Source: Cenococcum geophilum (lineage: Eukaryota). Taken from it: a DNA stretch of 64,000 bases. Below, piece by piece: positions 39,450 to 52,900 of this stretch; position 1 is the stretch's first letter; every line of letters starts with the position of its first letter. A model generated the notes under the pieces. The model did no database searches and was not told the DNA's origin. It worked only from the letters and a program-made list of their open reading frames with translations. The stretch lies in the NCBI GenBank assembly GCA_050273025.1, contig CP158635.1, positions 18,228,001 through 18,292,000 on the forward strand. Direction: 5' to 3'. The translations under genes were made by a program, and so were the position numbers.

Positions 39450-41100
39450 ATACAGATTATATCCGCTAAGGCTAGGGATAAGGCGCTTAATAGGAAATAG
39501 GAGGTAATTAGAGCTTATAAATTTAAGATAACGGAGGACATAACTACAATATTTAAAGGTATATTATATAATATTAAAGACGGTAAAGGGAAGCTGGTTA
39601 AAGCTTTAGGTATAAAAGATAGATAAGTAATAAGAGAGGTTTTTACTAGGTATAAATATTATATAATAAGGGCATAGATTAAGTTAGAGAAGAGGTAGTA
39701 ATAAGTGGTAATCTAAAGCGATATATGCCATTTATTTATAGATAAGAGTTAATCTTTAGCTTCTTCTATAGCATTTTCCTAAAACTTTAGAGTATTTAGG
39801 TCTCCCAAACTAAATAAATTAGAGATATTCTACCTATCCTTATAGCTAATCCTAAGTACTAAGAGAGCGTCCTTATTATCCTCTTTTAGCATATATATAG
39901 ATAGGCAATTTATAACCACTAGTCCTCTACTCTCCTTTTCCTTTCTCTATAAATTGCTCGTCCTTATCCTAGTATTAAATAGCTTAGGGAGGTTTTTAAT
40001 TATATAGCGCCTCGTAAATAAAAAAGAATAATATTATCCCTACCCTAGCAATACTAGATATCCTATTAATATTAACTATAAGCAATATTTTATTAAGGGT
40101 CGTTTATAGACTTAGAATCTACTATAATTCTAACTAGGGACGCTTTAATAATAGTTTATCTGTAACTTAATAATACGCTAGCACAGTGGCGCTAAAAGAA
40201 CTCTTAGGAGAGGTATCTATCTTAGATAAGCATTAAACACACTAAATTTTAGAGAAAGGTATTTAACCCTTTTTTTTTATTAAATAAAAGCGTGCTTTCT
40301 TTATATAATAAATCTCCTTCTAAGATAAATAAGCAGTTAGTTAATAAGCGTTTAAAACTGGCATACTAAGCGTTTAATTCGCGCTTTAAGAAAGTAAAGC
40401 TTTAAAAAGCCTCTCTAGTAACTAAGCGTCTTTAATTAGTGTTAAGTATTCCTCTAATAAGAATTATTAATAATTTGTTTAAATAAAAGGCCTTTTATAC
40501 CTATAGAAAGATTAATATTTAAAAGAGGATATTTTTAAGATAAAGTACTCCTTACGTCTAAATCCGTTTTATAAGGTTATAAACTAAAGGCTAGTAAATG
40601 CGTCTTAGATAAAGGAGAATACGTACTTTACAATTGGCCTTACTCTATTAAGAATTAGTAATAAAGTTATTTAGGATAAAAGAGTTTCTCTATTAGTGGC
40701 GATAGTTACTTATAAAAACTAACTTTTCTAAGACAACGAAATTAAAGTGTTAATTAAATTAGCCTTATAAAGTTCCTTTATAACTATAGCTAGTCCTAGT
40801 AGGTATAGGGCAGTCTCCTACTAACTTTAAATTTTAGGTAAGCGGATCTAAGGCGCTATTTTACTTAGCTTTAAGATAGATACTATTAAGGTAAATAAGA
40901 GGAACACTTTAGGACCTAAAGATCGGAAAACGTCTATTAAAAGTTCGCGTGCTTATAGCCTCACACTATAATATAATAATAATTACTTTACTAACCTTTC
41001 TGTATCCTCTCCTAGTAAATTATAATATAATTTAAATATAAAATCCTAGTTTAAGAGTAATAAACTTATATTATTATTAAATATTACTAATTCTTTTTTA
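39450..41100 (-). pseudogene. RIP-degraded hypothetical protein(s)
   Basis: Minus strand reads ARELLIDVFRSLGPKVFLLFTLIVSILKLSK at ~40950-40860, with an acidic and then a Pro/Ser-rich stretch downstream. Family not assignable. Confidence 0.35.
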
Positions 41101-41648
41101 AGTTTTTTAATTAGCTAGTTATTATATTCTATAAATTTTAAAGATATAATAAAATTAAAGATAGATAGATAGAACGGGAGTAAAAAGAATAAGAAAGAAC
41201 GGGAAGGACAGGAAGGATAGAAAGGAGATTTAAAGGATAGGGTAGGGCGAGATAGGCAGGATAAGATAAAATATAGCGGAGCCTAGCAAGTTTAAACTAA
41301 TCGCGGCGGTATACCTATAGTTATTCCCATTCTATATATACTCTTTACTTTAATTAAAATATCTACCTAGCTTCTATATATTAGGTCTATAGAATTTATA
41401 TAGCCTAAATAGGTAACAGGGCCCTAATTATATTCCTTTCCGTATTATTTCTAGTTTAAATAATATTAGATAGCTATAAGCCTCTACTATATATATAACT
41501 GCGTATCTATTATATTTCCTTTTACGTTACTCTAGTGCTAGAACTAAGATACTAAATATAAGCTATAGTTCTGTTTTTATAGTTATAGCAAGACTATATA
41601 CCTTTACTTAGTTAAGTTTTATACTATATTAGATATAATATTAATATA

Positions 41649-42044
41649 ACGTAATGTACCACCGAGTGGCCGATATCACCGAGTGGCCGATAACCAAAAA
41701 TTAGGAAATCTATGCCTTAATATCTTAACAACCACTTAATAATAAACTCTAATAATTCATATTTAGACTTTTATATACACTTTACAGCTTCTACTAAAGT
41801 TGCATAGTAATTAGTTAAGTATATTATAATTTAGAGGCCAAAATAAAGCCAAATTACTATATCTTAATAACTACTTAACTAATTACTATGCAACTTTAAT
41901 AGAAGCTGTAAAGTGTATATAAAAGTCCAAATATAAATTATTAGAGTTTATTATTAAGTGGTTGTTAAGATATTAAGGTATGAATTTCCTAATTTTTGGT
42001 TATCGGCCACTCGGTAGTATCGGCCACTCGGTGGTACAATACGT
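41649..42044. mobile_element. Fot1-type MITE (396 bp), near-perfect palindrome
   Basis: TIRs acgta.tgtaccaccgagtggccgata with TA TSDs at 41647-41648 and 42045-42046. Confidence 0.95.
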
Positions 42045-42449
42045 TAGCATCTCTTAGGATAAATAGGGGGAAGTATTTATATAGCATAAGGCGGGTTCTA
42101 GTAAATATTCGCGGTATAGTAGCAGCTTAGGTCCTATTAAAGGGTATAAAAAAAGGTAGATCTTTTAAAGAAATAATACTATCTATACTTAGCTTCTTAC
42201 TCTAACTTTATACTTTAGATTAATATTATATTACTAAAGCTTTATAGAGTAATAATGCTAGTTATATCTAAGCCAGTTACGCTAGCGCCTTTGCTACCTT
42301 ATAATGGCATAAATATACCCCCTAGTAGCCTAAGCTAAATATATCCGCATTATAGGTAGTTAGCGTAGCATCTTATAGTTAAAATACTTATAGCTATATT
42401 AAAGATAGTCTAAGCGGCCTAACCCCCTTTACCTCCTCTACCTTCTCTA

Positions 42450-45400
42450 CCTCCCCTAAGTTTAGGGGTTAAAGAGATACCCTAAGTAAGAGGCTCTAAG
42501 GTTAAAGTTAAGGTGTTAAATAAGATATATGCTCGCGAAATCCCTAAAATATACTTAGAAATACGCTAATATAGCGTTTACTATAGCTAGGATAAATAAA
42601 GCTGCCAGTATAAGACTATAGAGACTTTGCTAGATATATTAAGTAAATATAATATATATAATTAGTACATTTGTGTCCTTCGGAAGAAAGTTAGTTTATT
42701 TCTTAGGTGCCTTTAAACATATTAACTCAGATGTTAACTTTTAAGCTAGAAAAGGATAAGAAAGACTATAGTATATACCTAGATATAAATTTATAAGAAG
42801 TAAGAGACGCCTTATAGGTAGTGCTAAGTGGTATATAAGCTATCTCCCTTTAGGAAGATAAGCCTATAGTAAGTAGACCTTTTTATAGATATAGTTTATT
42901 CTAACTTAACTTCTAAATCTCTATAAACCTTATATTTAATTTCCTACCCTAGTTAAAAACATACTAAGAAAGTTTTTCTCCTAACTTAATTAGCACTAGG
43001 CACCTTTAGGGGTTACTAAGATTTCTTAAAGACTATTTTACGCCTATAACTAATAGTCTCCTACCGCTTCTAAACTATGGCGAAATTAATTTTAATCTCC
43101 TTTAGGCCTTATTTAAACCAAATATATATGTCCTTACGATTTGCGAAGGCTTAGATTAACTAAGATGCCTTATATATAATTTAGGCAACTTTAAAACCTT
43201 ACTTTTTAGCAAAAAGAGCTTTAAACTTAACTATTACTATTTTGGTTATAATAGGAAGGTATTTAATAAGGTAAAAACCACCCTCTCTATTCCGGAATTC
43301 TATTTAACTATAAAGATTATATCTCTTAAGGTATTTCCGCTAGAGCGTTATAAGAGATAAGCCGAGGTAAAGTAGGATCTTTGTCACAGCGACTCAGTCA
43401 ATTGAGGCACGAGCGCCGTAGAACGTATGCAAGCCTGTACAATTGGTAGTCTATTGACCCAGATATCAAGATAAGGAGAAGAAGAAGGTCGTGGAAAGGA
43501 CACGTCTATATATATGGAGCCAAGACGTAAGCGAACCCCCCTGACTAGGCCCTATCCAGGTTACGCGCGTCAGTGCCGTAACATTACCCCCCCCTTCAAA
43601 AAAGCTTGCCCTTAAGCTTTATTCTTAGGTGCTTGTCTTCTACCTCTTATACAGTTGTAGTTATTTGCTGCAGGTGGGGCAGCAGTAGTCGATGAGATGC
43701 TGCAGGCAGAGCAGCGAGTGTTAGTTAGAATGCTGCAGGCAGAGCAGCGAGGGTCGATCGTAGTGCTGCGGGCGTAGCAGCAGAAGTCAATTGTGGTACT
43801 GCAGGCAGGAGCAGTAGTGGTCGAATTAAGGTTTAGCTGCAGGTAGGAGCAGCTGTGTTCGGGTAGTAGTACGGTACTAGCGGCGGTAACGATAGTGGTC
43901 GAGCGCAGAGCTCGTCTATCGGTTGTCTTGTAATAGCAGGTCGAACGTAGAGCTCGGGCTATCGATTGGTCGAGTAATCGTAGGCGTAGAGGCACGATTA
44001 TTGTCTCGTCGACTGTGGCAGGGCAGTACAGCCGTTTGTTGTAGCAGTACGATGCAAGCGGAAGTTGTGGATCGTAGGCGTAACGGCACGATCGTACGGT
44101 TAATGGACTGTAGGCGTATCGGCATAGTTGTAGTTAAGTCGTAGTAGCAGGCGTATCGGCGCTACTGTTGTCTAGTATATGGATCGTATGCATATCGGCG
44201 CGATCGATAGTTAATAGCAGAGTGATGCCAGCGTCGATAGTCCTAGTAATTTCGTTCCTCGAAGCTCGTACAACTCAGTATCCGTTGGGGTCGTTTATCG
44301 CAGCCAGTGCATAGCACTAGTCTCAGTATTAACCGATTTCGTTCCTCGCAGCATACGTAGCTTAGTGTCTGTTAAAAAGGACTATTTAGGTAGCAGTACG
44401 GTGCAAGCGTCCGATAGAGAGACGTACGGTCGGTTGATCGGGCGATCGATCGGTAGGTAGGTAGGTAGGCACACGCGTTCGGTTAACAGATGTACGCGTT
44501 GCTCGGTCGGTCGACGAGTTCGTACGGTCGGAAAGAGGTTACTGCTCGGCACGTGCTTCCCCATAGCATAGGCGGCCGTTTGGTAGAGAGAAAAGAAAAA
44601 AAGAAGAGAATATAAGGGAGGGTACCTATAAGTATAGGGATTCCATACCCAGCCACCACAGGACCACGGTGAGTGTGTCTACAATTGTAGAACTTTAATA
44701 ATTCCTATAATTGTAGGGCTTTAATAACAATAATTCCTGCTTTGTCTCAGAGTATGCATCTCCTGCCTTCTTTGTTATAGGAGTTAGGCTCTTCTTCCTT
44801 CCTTTGCCTGCTAGTATATAGGGCTCCGTTACCCATCAACTACCCTAGGCCACAGGGCTTCTTTGACCTGGGATACAACAGCCTGCGATCAGTTGAGGGA
44901 TCTTGATATAATGTCACAGCGACTTAGTCAATTGAGGCACGAGCGCCGTAGAACGTATGCAAGCCTGTACAATTGGTAGTTTATTAACCCGGATATCAAG
45001 ATAAGGAGAAGAAGAAGGTCGTGGAAAGGACACGTCTATATATATGGAGCCAAGACGTAAGCGAACCCCCCTGACTAGGCCCTATCTAGGTTACGCGCGT
45101 CAGTGCCGTAATAATCTTATTAGTAATGGCCGGAAGTTCGTGTCTTTAAGAGGCATTAACTACTATAAATATAAAGGGATCGCGTTTTTCTAGACTAAAG
45201 ATAGCTTATTAAGATTTTCTATAAGCGGCCGCATTATAGTAAATGTAATAGTATTTTATTTTTAGAATCCTAACTATAGTAAGCAGCTAATTGCTATAGA
45301 TGCGTACGGAATAAGCGTAATTAATTAAGGAACTAATTAGTAAGGCAATATAAAGAATTAGGGTTTAGTTCCTAAGGAGATAGGAGATAATAAGTACCTA

Positions 45401-46383
45401 ATCTATCTACTAACAGCCCTAGCCTTTAGTTTAGTAAATAAAAAATAGGGTTAAGCTTTCTATACTTTTTTTCTAGAGCTAGCGAATTATATATACTAAT
45501 ATAAGCACTAATAGGTAAATTTGCCGTCGCTAATATTAAGGACATTAAATGGAATGCCTTGGCATTTAAGTCACTTATAATTAAGGAGGATAAAAAAATA
45601 GTACTTTAAGGACTTATAAAAAGCTACTAGTCTAGGTCTAGGAAATTAAAGTTTAATAATATAATTAAAGGGAAGGGGAAAGGCCTAGTTTTTTTACTAC
45701 AGTAAGTTTTCTAGTAAGGCATTAGCTACCCCAAAGGCCAATCGTTTTAGTAGCCTACCTAGGGTAGAAAAGATATTAATAGCTAAAGCACTTACCGAAT
45801 CTTAGAGGAGACCCCTCTATATAGTTTATTCCCCTTTATAAGTATATTTATATACTAGTTTAACTAATAAAAGGCTTATATAGGAGACCTTAATATAGAT
45901 CTAGCTTATTTAGAATAAAACCTAACTCTAATAGTTAAAAACGTTTACTACTAGAGCGCTATCCTTTTTTTAGATAAGGCCGATGTTTTTCTTATAAAAA
46001 GAACTTTAAATAATATCCGATGTAATAGCTTAGTATCCGTCTTCCTATAATAGATAGAGTATTTCTAAGGCATTATATTTCTTATAATAAATAGGATTAC
46101 TATATTTAATATAGCTATATAGAGTAGAATATATCTTATACTTAGATATAACGAGCTAAAGAGACTAGTAAAATAGTAGGTATAGAAAACCTTTTTAAAG
46201 TAAGCTAATACTATTATACTATATTAGATTAAGAACACTATATAGATTAGTTACGGCTTAGCTAAAAGTAAGGGGGAGAAACTTATATATAAGCATTTAG
46301 GCAAGGCTCTTACGTTAAATTAAGATTTTAAAAGTAACTTTAAAGGTACTAGATTAGTTAAAAATATAAACTTATATGCGTAG
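42450..46383 (+). pseudogene. Fungal AAA+ ATPase (DUF7025-AAA type), intron-containing, RIP-degraded and split by a TRIM
   Basis: FNNIIKGKGKGLVFLL-intron-LPRVEKILIAKA (Walker A, restores to GPPGVGKTLTAEA) at ~45650-45790; AILFLDKADVFL (Walker B, restores to LDEADVFL); SLVSVFL**IEYF*GIIFLIINR and SRIYL. The frame SLKVFPLE...DL|ISNGRKFVSL is continuous across the TRIM. Confidence 0.88.
43382..45113 (-). mobile_element. Non-autonomous LTR retrotransposon (TRIM/LARD-like), 202-bp LTRs
   Basis: LTRs 43382-43583 and 44912-45113 are nearly identical; TSD atctt at 43377-43381 and 45114-45118; PPT at ~43587-43597. The 1.3-kb interior lacks gag/pol motifs. Confidence 0.95.
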
Positions 46384-46544
46384 ATTCGCTTATATATATA
46401 TAGCGTTAAATATCTTATAGATCTTATAGCTGTAGTATTATTACTTATTGCCTTCTTAAAATTACTTACTTACTCCTATAATAATAAAGCCTATATAGTA
46501 GGCTATAGTGCGGGCAGATCACTTATAGATCTAAAAATAGGAGA

Positions 46545-47300
46545 ACGGAAGCTATAGGGTATTAGTTCCTATAAAGAATTAAAAGCTATAAGGCGACAAA
46601 GAAAGTAGGTATTAATCCCTATAGAGAACTATAAGCTATAAGAGATTAGTTTCTATAGAGGAGTAAAAGAAATTACTATTAGTTTTTATAGGAGAGTAAA
46701 AGCTATATGGGAGTAGGAGCTATTGGGTATAGTTCTTATAGGGTAGTAGAAGATATGGTTACTATATATAGGAATAAAATTTATAAGGGATTTATTCCGT
46801 AGTAGAAGATATAGCTTATAGTTTCCATAAGGGAGTAAAAGCTATATAGAAATATAAGCTATAGGGAAATATAAGTTATAGGGGAATATAAGCTATAGGG
46901 GAATATAAGCTATAGGGGAATATAAGCTATAGGGGAATATAAGCTATAGGGGAATATAAGCTATAGGGGATTAGTTCCTATAGGGCGGTAGAATATATAG
47001 GTATTAGCGCCTATAGGGGATTCGCCAGAGTAAGGGATTTATTAGAGTAGGGGATTCATTAGCATAGGGGATTTATTAGTGTAGGGGATTTATTAAAGTA
47101 GAGGATTTATTAAAGTAGGGGATTTATTAGCGTAGGGGATTTATTAGTATAGGGGATTTATTAAAGTAGGGGACTTAATCCTATAAGGGATTTTTTAGAG
47201 TAGGGGACTAGTTCCTATAGGGCAGCGAAATATGTAGGCATTAGCTCCCGTAGGGGACTTATTTAAGTAGGGGATTAGTTAAAATAGGGGATTAACTCTC
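46545..47300. repeat. Compound minisatellite: 18-bp ggggaatataagctatag array and ~17-bp gtaggggatttatta array
   Basis: Near-perfect 18-mers at ~46850-46970, ~17-mers at ~47030-47290, and degenerate copies upstream. Confidence 0.85.
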
Positions 47301-47581
47301 CTATAGCCTCTATTTAGGCGGTATAAGGCGGCTTCTAATAGGCTAGAGAGTAGGTTATATATTTTATGGAAATCTAAAGCTTATACGGGATAATAGGGTA
47401 TAGGGACCTAATAATTAAGCGGAAGATTAGGTTATCCGCTTTTCTAGGTTTATTTAGCCTAGGAGACTTACCCTACGCTATTTTATATATATTTCGACTA
47501 AGGCTACTACCTAGCCTTAGCCGCTAAAATCTCTATAAAACTTTACTTATACGGTAAAAGAGCAATAAAATATTATTCTAT

Positions 47582-49990
47582 CTACTCTACTAGCACCTTT
47601 AGATTTTCCTTACTTCCTAAAGCACCTCCTTTATTTAAAAAGGAAGTTTTTTTTATCCTTTCTCTTTTGCCTCCTACCGCCTAAAAATACTACCTTCCGC
47701 AATTTATTAACCTAAGAGATTAGTGGCTAATAGTATAGTAAAAAGTTATTACTTACAGTCTTAAGAAAATCCTCTTTATTAGCTACTGCCCCCTTTTTTT
47801 TTTAGCTAGCTCTTTTATATCTATAGAATTCTACTTATTAAACTTATTAACAACGTTACCTTTTTTATTAGGTCTATTATAGTAAATATATATCTAAAAT
47901 AGCACCTAAAAGAACGACTTAAAATTATATTAAGCTAAATATATCTCGCCTAGGAGTACTTTAATCGCTATAAATGCTCTTATGCCAGTCTTACCCTACG
48001 CTCCTATAGGCCCTTCCTACTACTCCTTAATTATAAGATTAAAGTCGATTAAGAATACTAGCTAAGAAGGATTATTATCTTCCTCGTTTATTATAAGGTT
48101 ACCTATTAAAATATTATATTAGGTAATACCGGCCCACGTATATAAAGACTTATATCCTTTAATGCCACCCTTTAGTGTAGTAAGTATTGCAGCCTAAGAG
48201 CTTACCTTGTAAAGAGGCTTTCTATAGTCCTTAGTAATAACGCGTTAATATACTTAATTTAGGGTTATAAGGCGCCTTCCGCCTTTAGGCGGAGAGCCCA
48301 AATACGTACGCTTACTGGGCGGTAATAGGGCGTTAGTATAGCTAGACGACTTCTTTTTGCTAGAACTTCGGCCTTTCCTTATACTAATTTTTACTTTAGC
48401 CGGTCTTAGAGGTATTATTAAGTCTTTTAGCTTATAGTTTATCGCTTTTATAATATCTAGCCCTTTATAGACGTTATTGTAAATATTATCTTCTTTACCG
48501 CCTATATAAACTGTCTCGTAGTAATAGTACCTAGCCACGTTAACTACTTCTTTTTCCATTACCTTACGCAGTAGTTTACCTTTTTCCTTGCGCTATAGGT
48601 ATTACTATAAGTCTTTAATAACGAGGGGTATCTTAGAGGTATCTTCCTTACGGTATACTTTCTAGTAAGTAGTCGCTTAACTAGCGATATAGCGTACCCA
48701 CTTTATAGGTTTATTAAGGATAAGATGCTCGGTCTAATTATTACGCACAACCTTAATATATCGCTTACCGTCCGATGTTAAAATAGTAGGGTTAAACTTA
48801 AGCTACTTCTTATTTATTTAGATAAATCCTAATATTACTAAGGTAAATTATAGTCCGTCTTTATTAATATTAAATGGTAATAATATAATACCTCCTACCT
48901 AGTTATACTTCTATAGTCGTATAATAGATTTATAGAGGGTAAAGCTTAGGATAAAGCAATAAGTGTTTTAAGTGGTGAAGACTTCTCTTATATATTTTCC
49001 TAAATCAAACTATACCTATAAAGCTATATTAGTATTTAGATTACTCTTTAGCTCTCCTAGCATAAGTATATACAACTAATGGCATTAAGAGCTTTCGCTA
49101 GCTATTAAATTATCTATAAAACTAATATCTAGCTTTTGCTTTGCTGTAGACCCTTATAAGGGCTACTTAGTATATACGATAAGCGTTTATTATATTTTTA
49201 GGGCGGACCTATACTCCTTTATAAAGCCCAAAAATGATTTAATTAGGTTATTAAACCACTCTAGGACATTAATCTACTCTACGCTTTTAGGCCAGTTACG
49301 CTAGCCGCCCTCAGCATATAGTAGATTATCCCCTTTCTTGCATTTCTTAAAAACGGCAGCGCTTACCTCTTTAAGACCTTTTACTTTTCTAAAGAATGCT
49401 TTATATAAGCCAGGAATCCCTACATAAAGAGAGCCTAGCTCCTCCTTTAGAATATAATCTACGTATTTCCTATATTTAGACGAGTTAGTAAAGCTGCTTA
49501 TATTACGCAGATATAGGGTTTATTAAATATAGAGTGGTAGCAGTTAGGGGGGAGGCGTAGACTCTATTATAGTAGTAATAGTATTACTCTAAACGTCCTT
49601 ATCTAATTCGCGATTAATAACTATTTTTAGGAAAGGGGTAAACCGTTTAATATTAAAGTTGTTAGAATTAACTAAAGGGAGGAGTTAGAAAAGGTTACTA
49701 TAAAAAGTACCGCAGCTAGCGCTAGACGGGAGTAGTTAAGTAGTAAGAAGGTTCTATAATACTAGGATAAAATTAACCATAAGATTTTTAAGCCCTATAT
49801 ATATTAGAGAGAACCTATAACAGATAAATTAATAATTACCTTTATAGCCTATCTAGCGCAATAAGTCTAAAGAGCTAGGGATGCCTAAATCCTAATAAGT
49901 TAAGTTAAATAAATTATAAAAGCTATTTAGTCCTTCCCTAATAAGATTTATTTTAATTATCTCTAATTTAAAAAGATTTACTATTATAAG
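47582..49990 (-). pseudogene. FunK1/Sgk2-type fungal protein kinase (Pkinase_fungal), RIP-degraded, apparently full length
   Basis: LRNISSFTNSSKYRKYVDYILKEELGSLYVGIPG; FLIGNLIINEEDNNPS*LVFLIDFNLII (restores to DIS.GNLM...FLIDLDLAI); GKTGIRAFIAI (restores to TGTRAFMAI); YNFKSFF*VLF*IYIY (restores to HDLESFFWVLFWICIH). Confidence 0.9.
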
Positions 49991-52900
49991 CGAATGCGCT
50001 AAAAGCTATATCGGGAGGGCTGGCATAGTAGGCGGATAGGTAGGCGGGGAGGGAAGATTAAAGAGGCTAGTATATAAGGACGGTATAATAGCAAATAAAT
50101 ATAAGGAGGTTAAAAACATGTTAGGCGCGTCTTACAATAAGGAAATAACTAGGGAAAAAGTATAAGGAAAAAAGTAAGGTATAAGCAAACGCAAGGATTA
50201 AAGATTAGGTATAGAAAAGTTAAGCTAACCTAACGTAGCTTAGACTAAGGCTTTATAGGGCTTAATTAAATGCTAAGCTATAATAGCCTAAATATGGGTA
50301 GGTAGCGTTTTCTAGTCTATAACTAATTATACTTATTAGTTTTAGTTTATTCTATAACGCGTAAGGCTTTAATATAGCGGGGCTTTTATATAGTAAGGCT
50401 AAAGGGGGGCTAAAGAAAAGGTTAACTATGGGGTTAGTTATATAAGCGCCTATAAATAATTATATAGCTAGTTATAACGGAACCTTATAGCAAGTACTAC
50501 AATAGGCTCGTTAATGGGCTAGGTGTGTAGGTAATATAAACTAAAGTTAACAACGTAATAATAACTAGTGGAGTAGTTGCCTAATAGATTAACTTTAATT
50601 ATATTCTAAGAATTACTATAAAGGAGAGAACTATCTGGGTAGGGACTGTAGTCCTTTAAATACATAACCGTACTCCTAAGAAATCCCCTTTATACATAAG
50701 GTATGTATTATATATATTATACGTACATTCCCTTCGTATACTACGTATACTGCGTATAACGTTATATAACCTTAGTTACTATTCCTTATTATATAGCTCT
50801 ATTAGCTCTATTCTAGACTATGCCTAAATTAACTAACTAGCTTCTTTTAACTCCTCTCTAAGTAGTTATAATATTGTACTTAAAGCGTCTGTAATACTAT
50901 CTCCCTCCTTTCTATCTTTGTCCTTAAAGACGCTTAATATCTCTAAGTTGTTTACTAGAGGTATAATATCTATTTAATTAATTTAGTTAATATTATTACT
51001 TATTATACCTAAAGCTTTTTTATCTTCGTAAGCGTAACGTTATACTTATACTATTGCTGCGATATTATCTCTTAGTGAGATTATACTATTTCCGTGTTCT
51101 TATTGTTTAAAAGAGGGGTTAGTCTATATTATATTGGCGAGTCTATCTTTACAATAACCGTTCTTTTGCTTAGAGTGCACTAAAACGAATATTTATTCGT
51201 CCTATAACGTTTGCTCCGTCTTTAATGCTAAATATACGCGACCTATTACTCTTAATAGTCGTCTAGTCCCTTAACTAATTTATTTTAGGGTCTTATATTT
51301 AATCTACTACTGCGTAGCTAGATGGTAAACTGTCTTAAGCCCTTACTAAGTTAGAACGTTCTTATAATATAGAGCGGAAGGCCCTTAAAGCCTATATTAT
51401 GGCGTTTGCTCAGTTACTCCGTCTTAAAAAGGTTTATAAGAAGGTCTATTTTAAGGAATAGAAACTTATAAAATAAGGTTTATAGGAACTTAATAATAAA
51501 AGAACAGATTCTCCTCTAATAGAAAAGGAAATAGATCTGAGTAGTTCGGCAACTGCTCTTCTTAGGTCCCCCTTAGGTAACTTATTCTTTAGCGATCCTT
51601 CTTTATTAATACTGCCTAACCTAATTTCTTTTAATACTCCTATACCTTTCTTATAGCGTTTTTTAAATTCTCTAGTGGTTCCTAGGTAGTCTTATTATAG
51701 CCTATCCACTTAACCTCGTACTATATTTTATTGTTAATATCCTTATAACTAATAATCTTTAAAACTTACTATTTATCTTCTTTTTATCCTCTATATATAT
51801 CTACTTCGTAAACTAATAGCTTAATATTTCTATATACTAGCTCTAGTATTACAATATACTATATAGGGTAGATCTTTATCTTAACTAGTAGGTTTAACTT
51901 AAACGTAACTAGTGAAATTCTCTATATAATTTTAAAAGGTCTTAGTCTAACATAGTCTAACTTCTTACTTAGTTGTTAACTCTTAAAATTTTTATATAGT
52001 AGCTATACTTTATCTCCCTCCTTAAGATCTAGTCCCTTAAATCTCTTAGCATTATAGTACTTTTTTATTCTCTTTTATACTTTCTTTACTAATTCTATAA
52101 GGTTTATATAAAGATTTATTAGTATCTTTATTCTTTCTTTAGCTATACTACTCGTCCTCTTTACTTACTATAGTAATAACGATATTCTTAGCTTATATCC
52201 GTAATTTGCCTTAAATAGTAATATGCCTATCCCTTTTTATAGTGTTATATTATATGTAAATTATATAACTAGTAATAGCAATACCTAATTATTTTATATA
52301 TAATTAATATAATGCCTTAGGTACTACTCTAGTGTTTAGTTTAATCTTTCTATTTAACTATTTATCTGCGGATAATATATGGTGGAAGTTACTGCTCTAA
52401 CTCCTTACTCTACTAAAAATACCTCTTAGAATGCTGCTATAAATCTTAGATCTCTATCCGATATAATTTTATTTAGTGCTCTATATCTTATAAACACTTC
52501 CTTAATATAGATTTTAGCAATATCCTCCGCTGAGATTTCTTTTATATATGCTATAAAGTATCCCCACTTTATAAGCTTATCCACTATTACTAAAATCGCG
52601 TTATAATCTTATCCAGTAATAGAATCTCTTAACTTTAGTAACTTAATAATAAAGTCCTATAATATAACCTCCTATAGTCTTTCTAGTATTTTAATAGGTT
52701 ATAGCCCTCCGTATGGCTTATGCCTTATTAGTTTATTTCTTTAACAATTTAGATACTCCTTTATTACTTTTCTTACGATATTTTAGATTCTGTTAATAAT
52801 ATACTCTTTTTAGAGTCTTAACACTAAGCCTATAGCTCTATTATGTCCTTAAGTTATTCCCTTATAGAAATTTTCTATAAAGTGTTCTGCTATACTTCTT

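Noticed and set aside
37900..41100. Starship captain (DUF3435 tyrosine recombinase)
   Set aside because: I could not recover the expected YxLRRG or MGH motifs in the frames I read; unsupported, though not excluded without an HMM search.
43612..44564. ORFs inside the TRIM
   Set aside because: Low-complexity, overlapping on both strands, with no gag/pol motifs.
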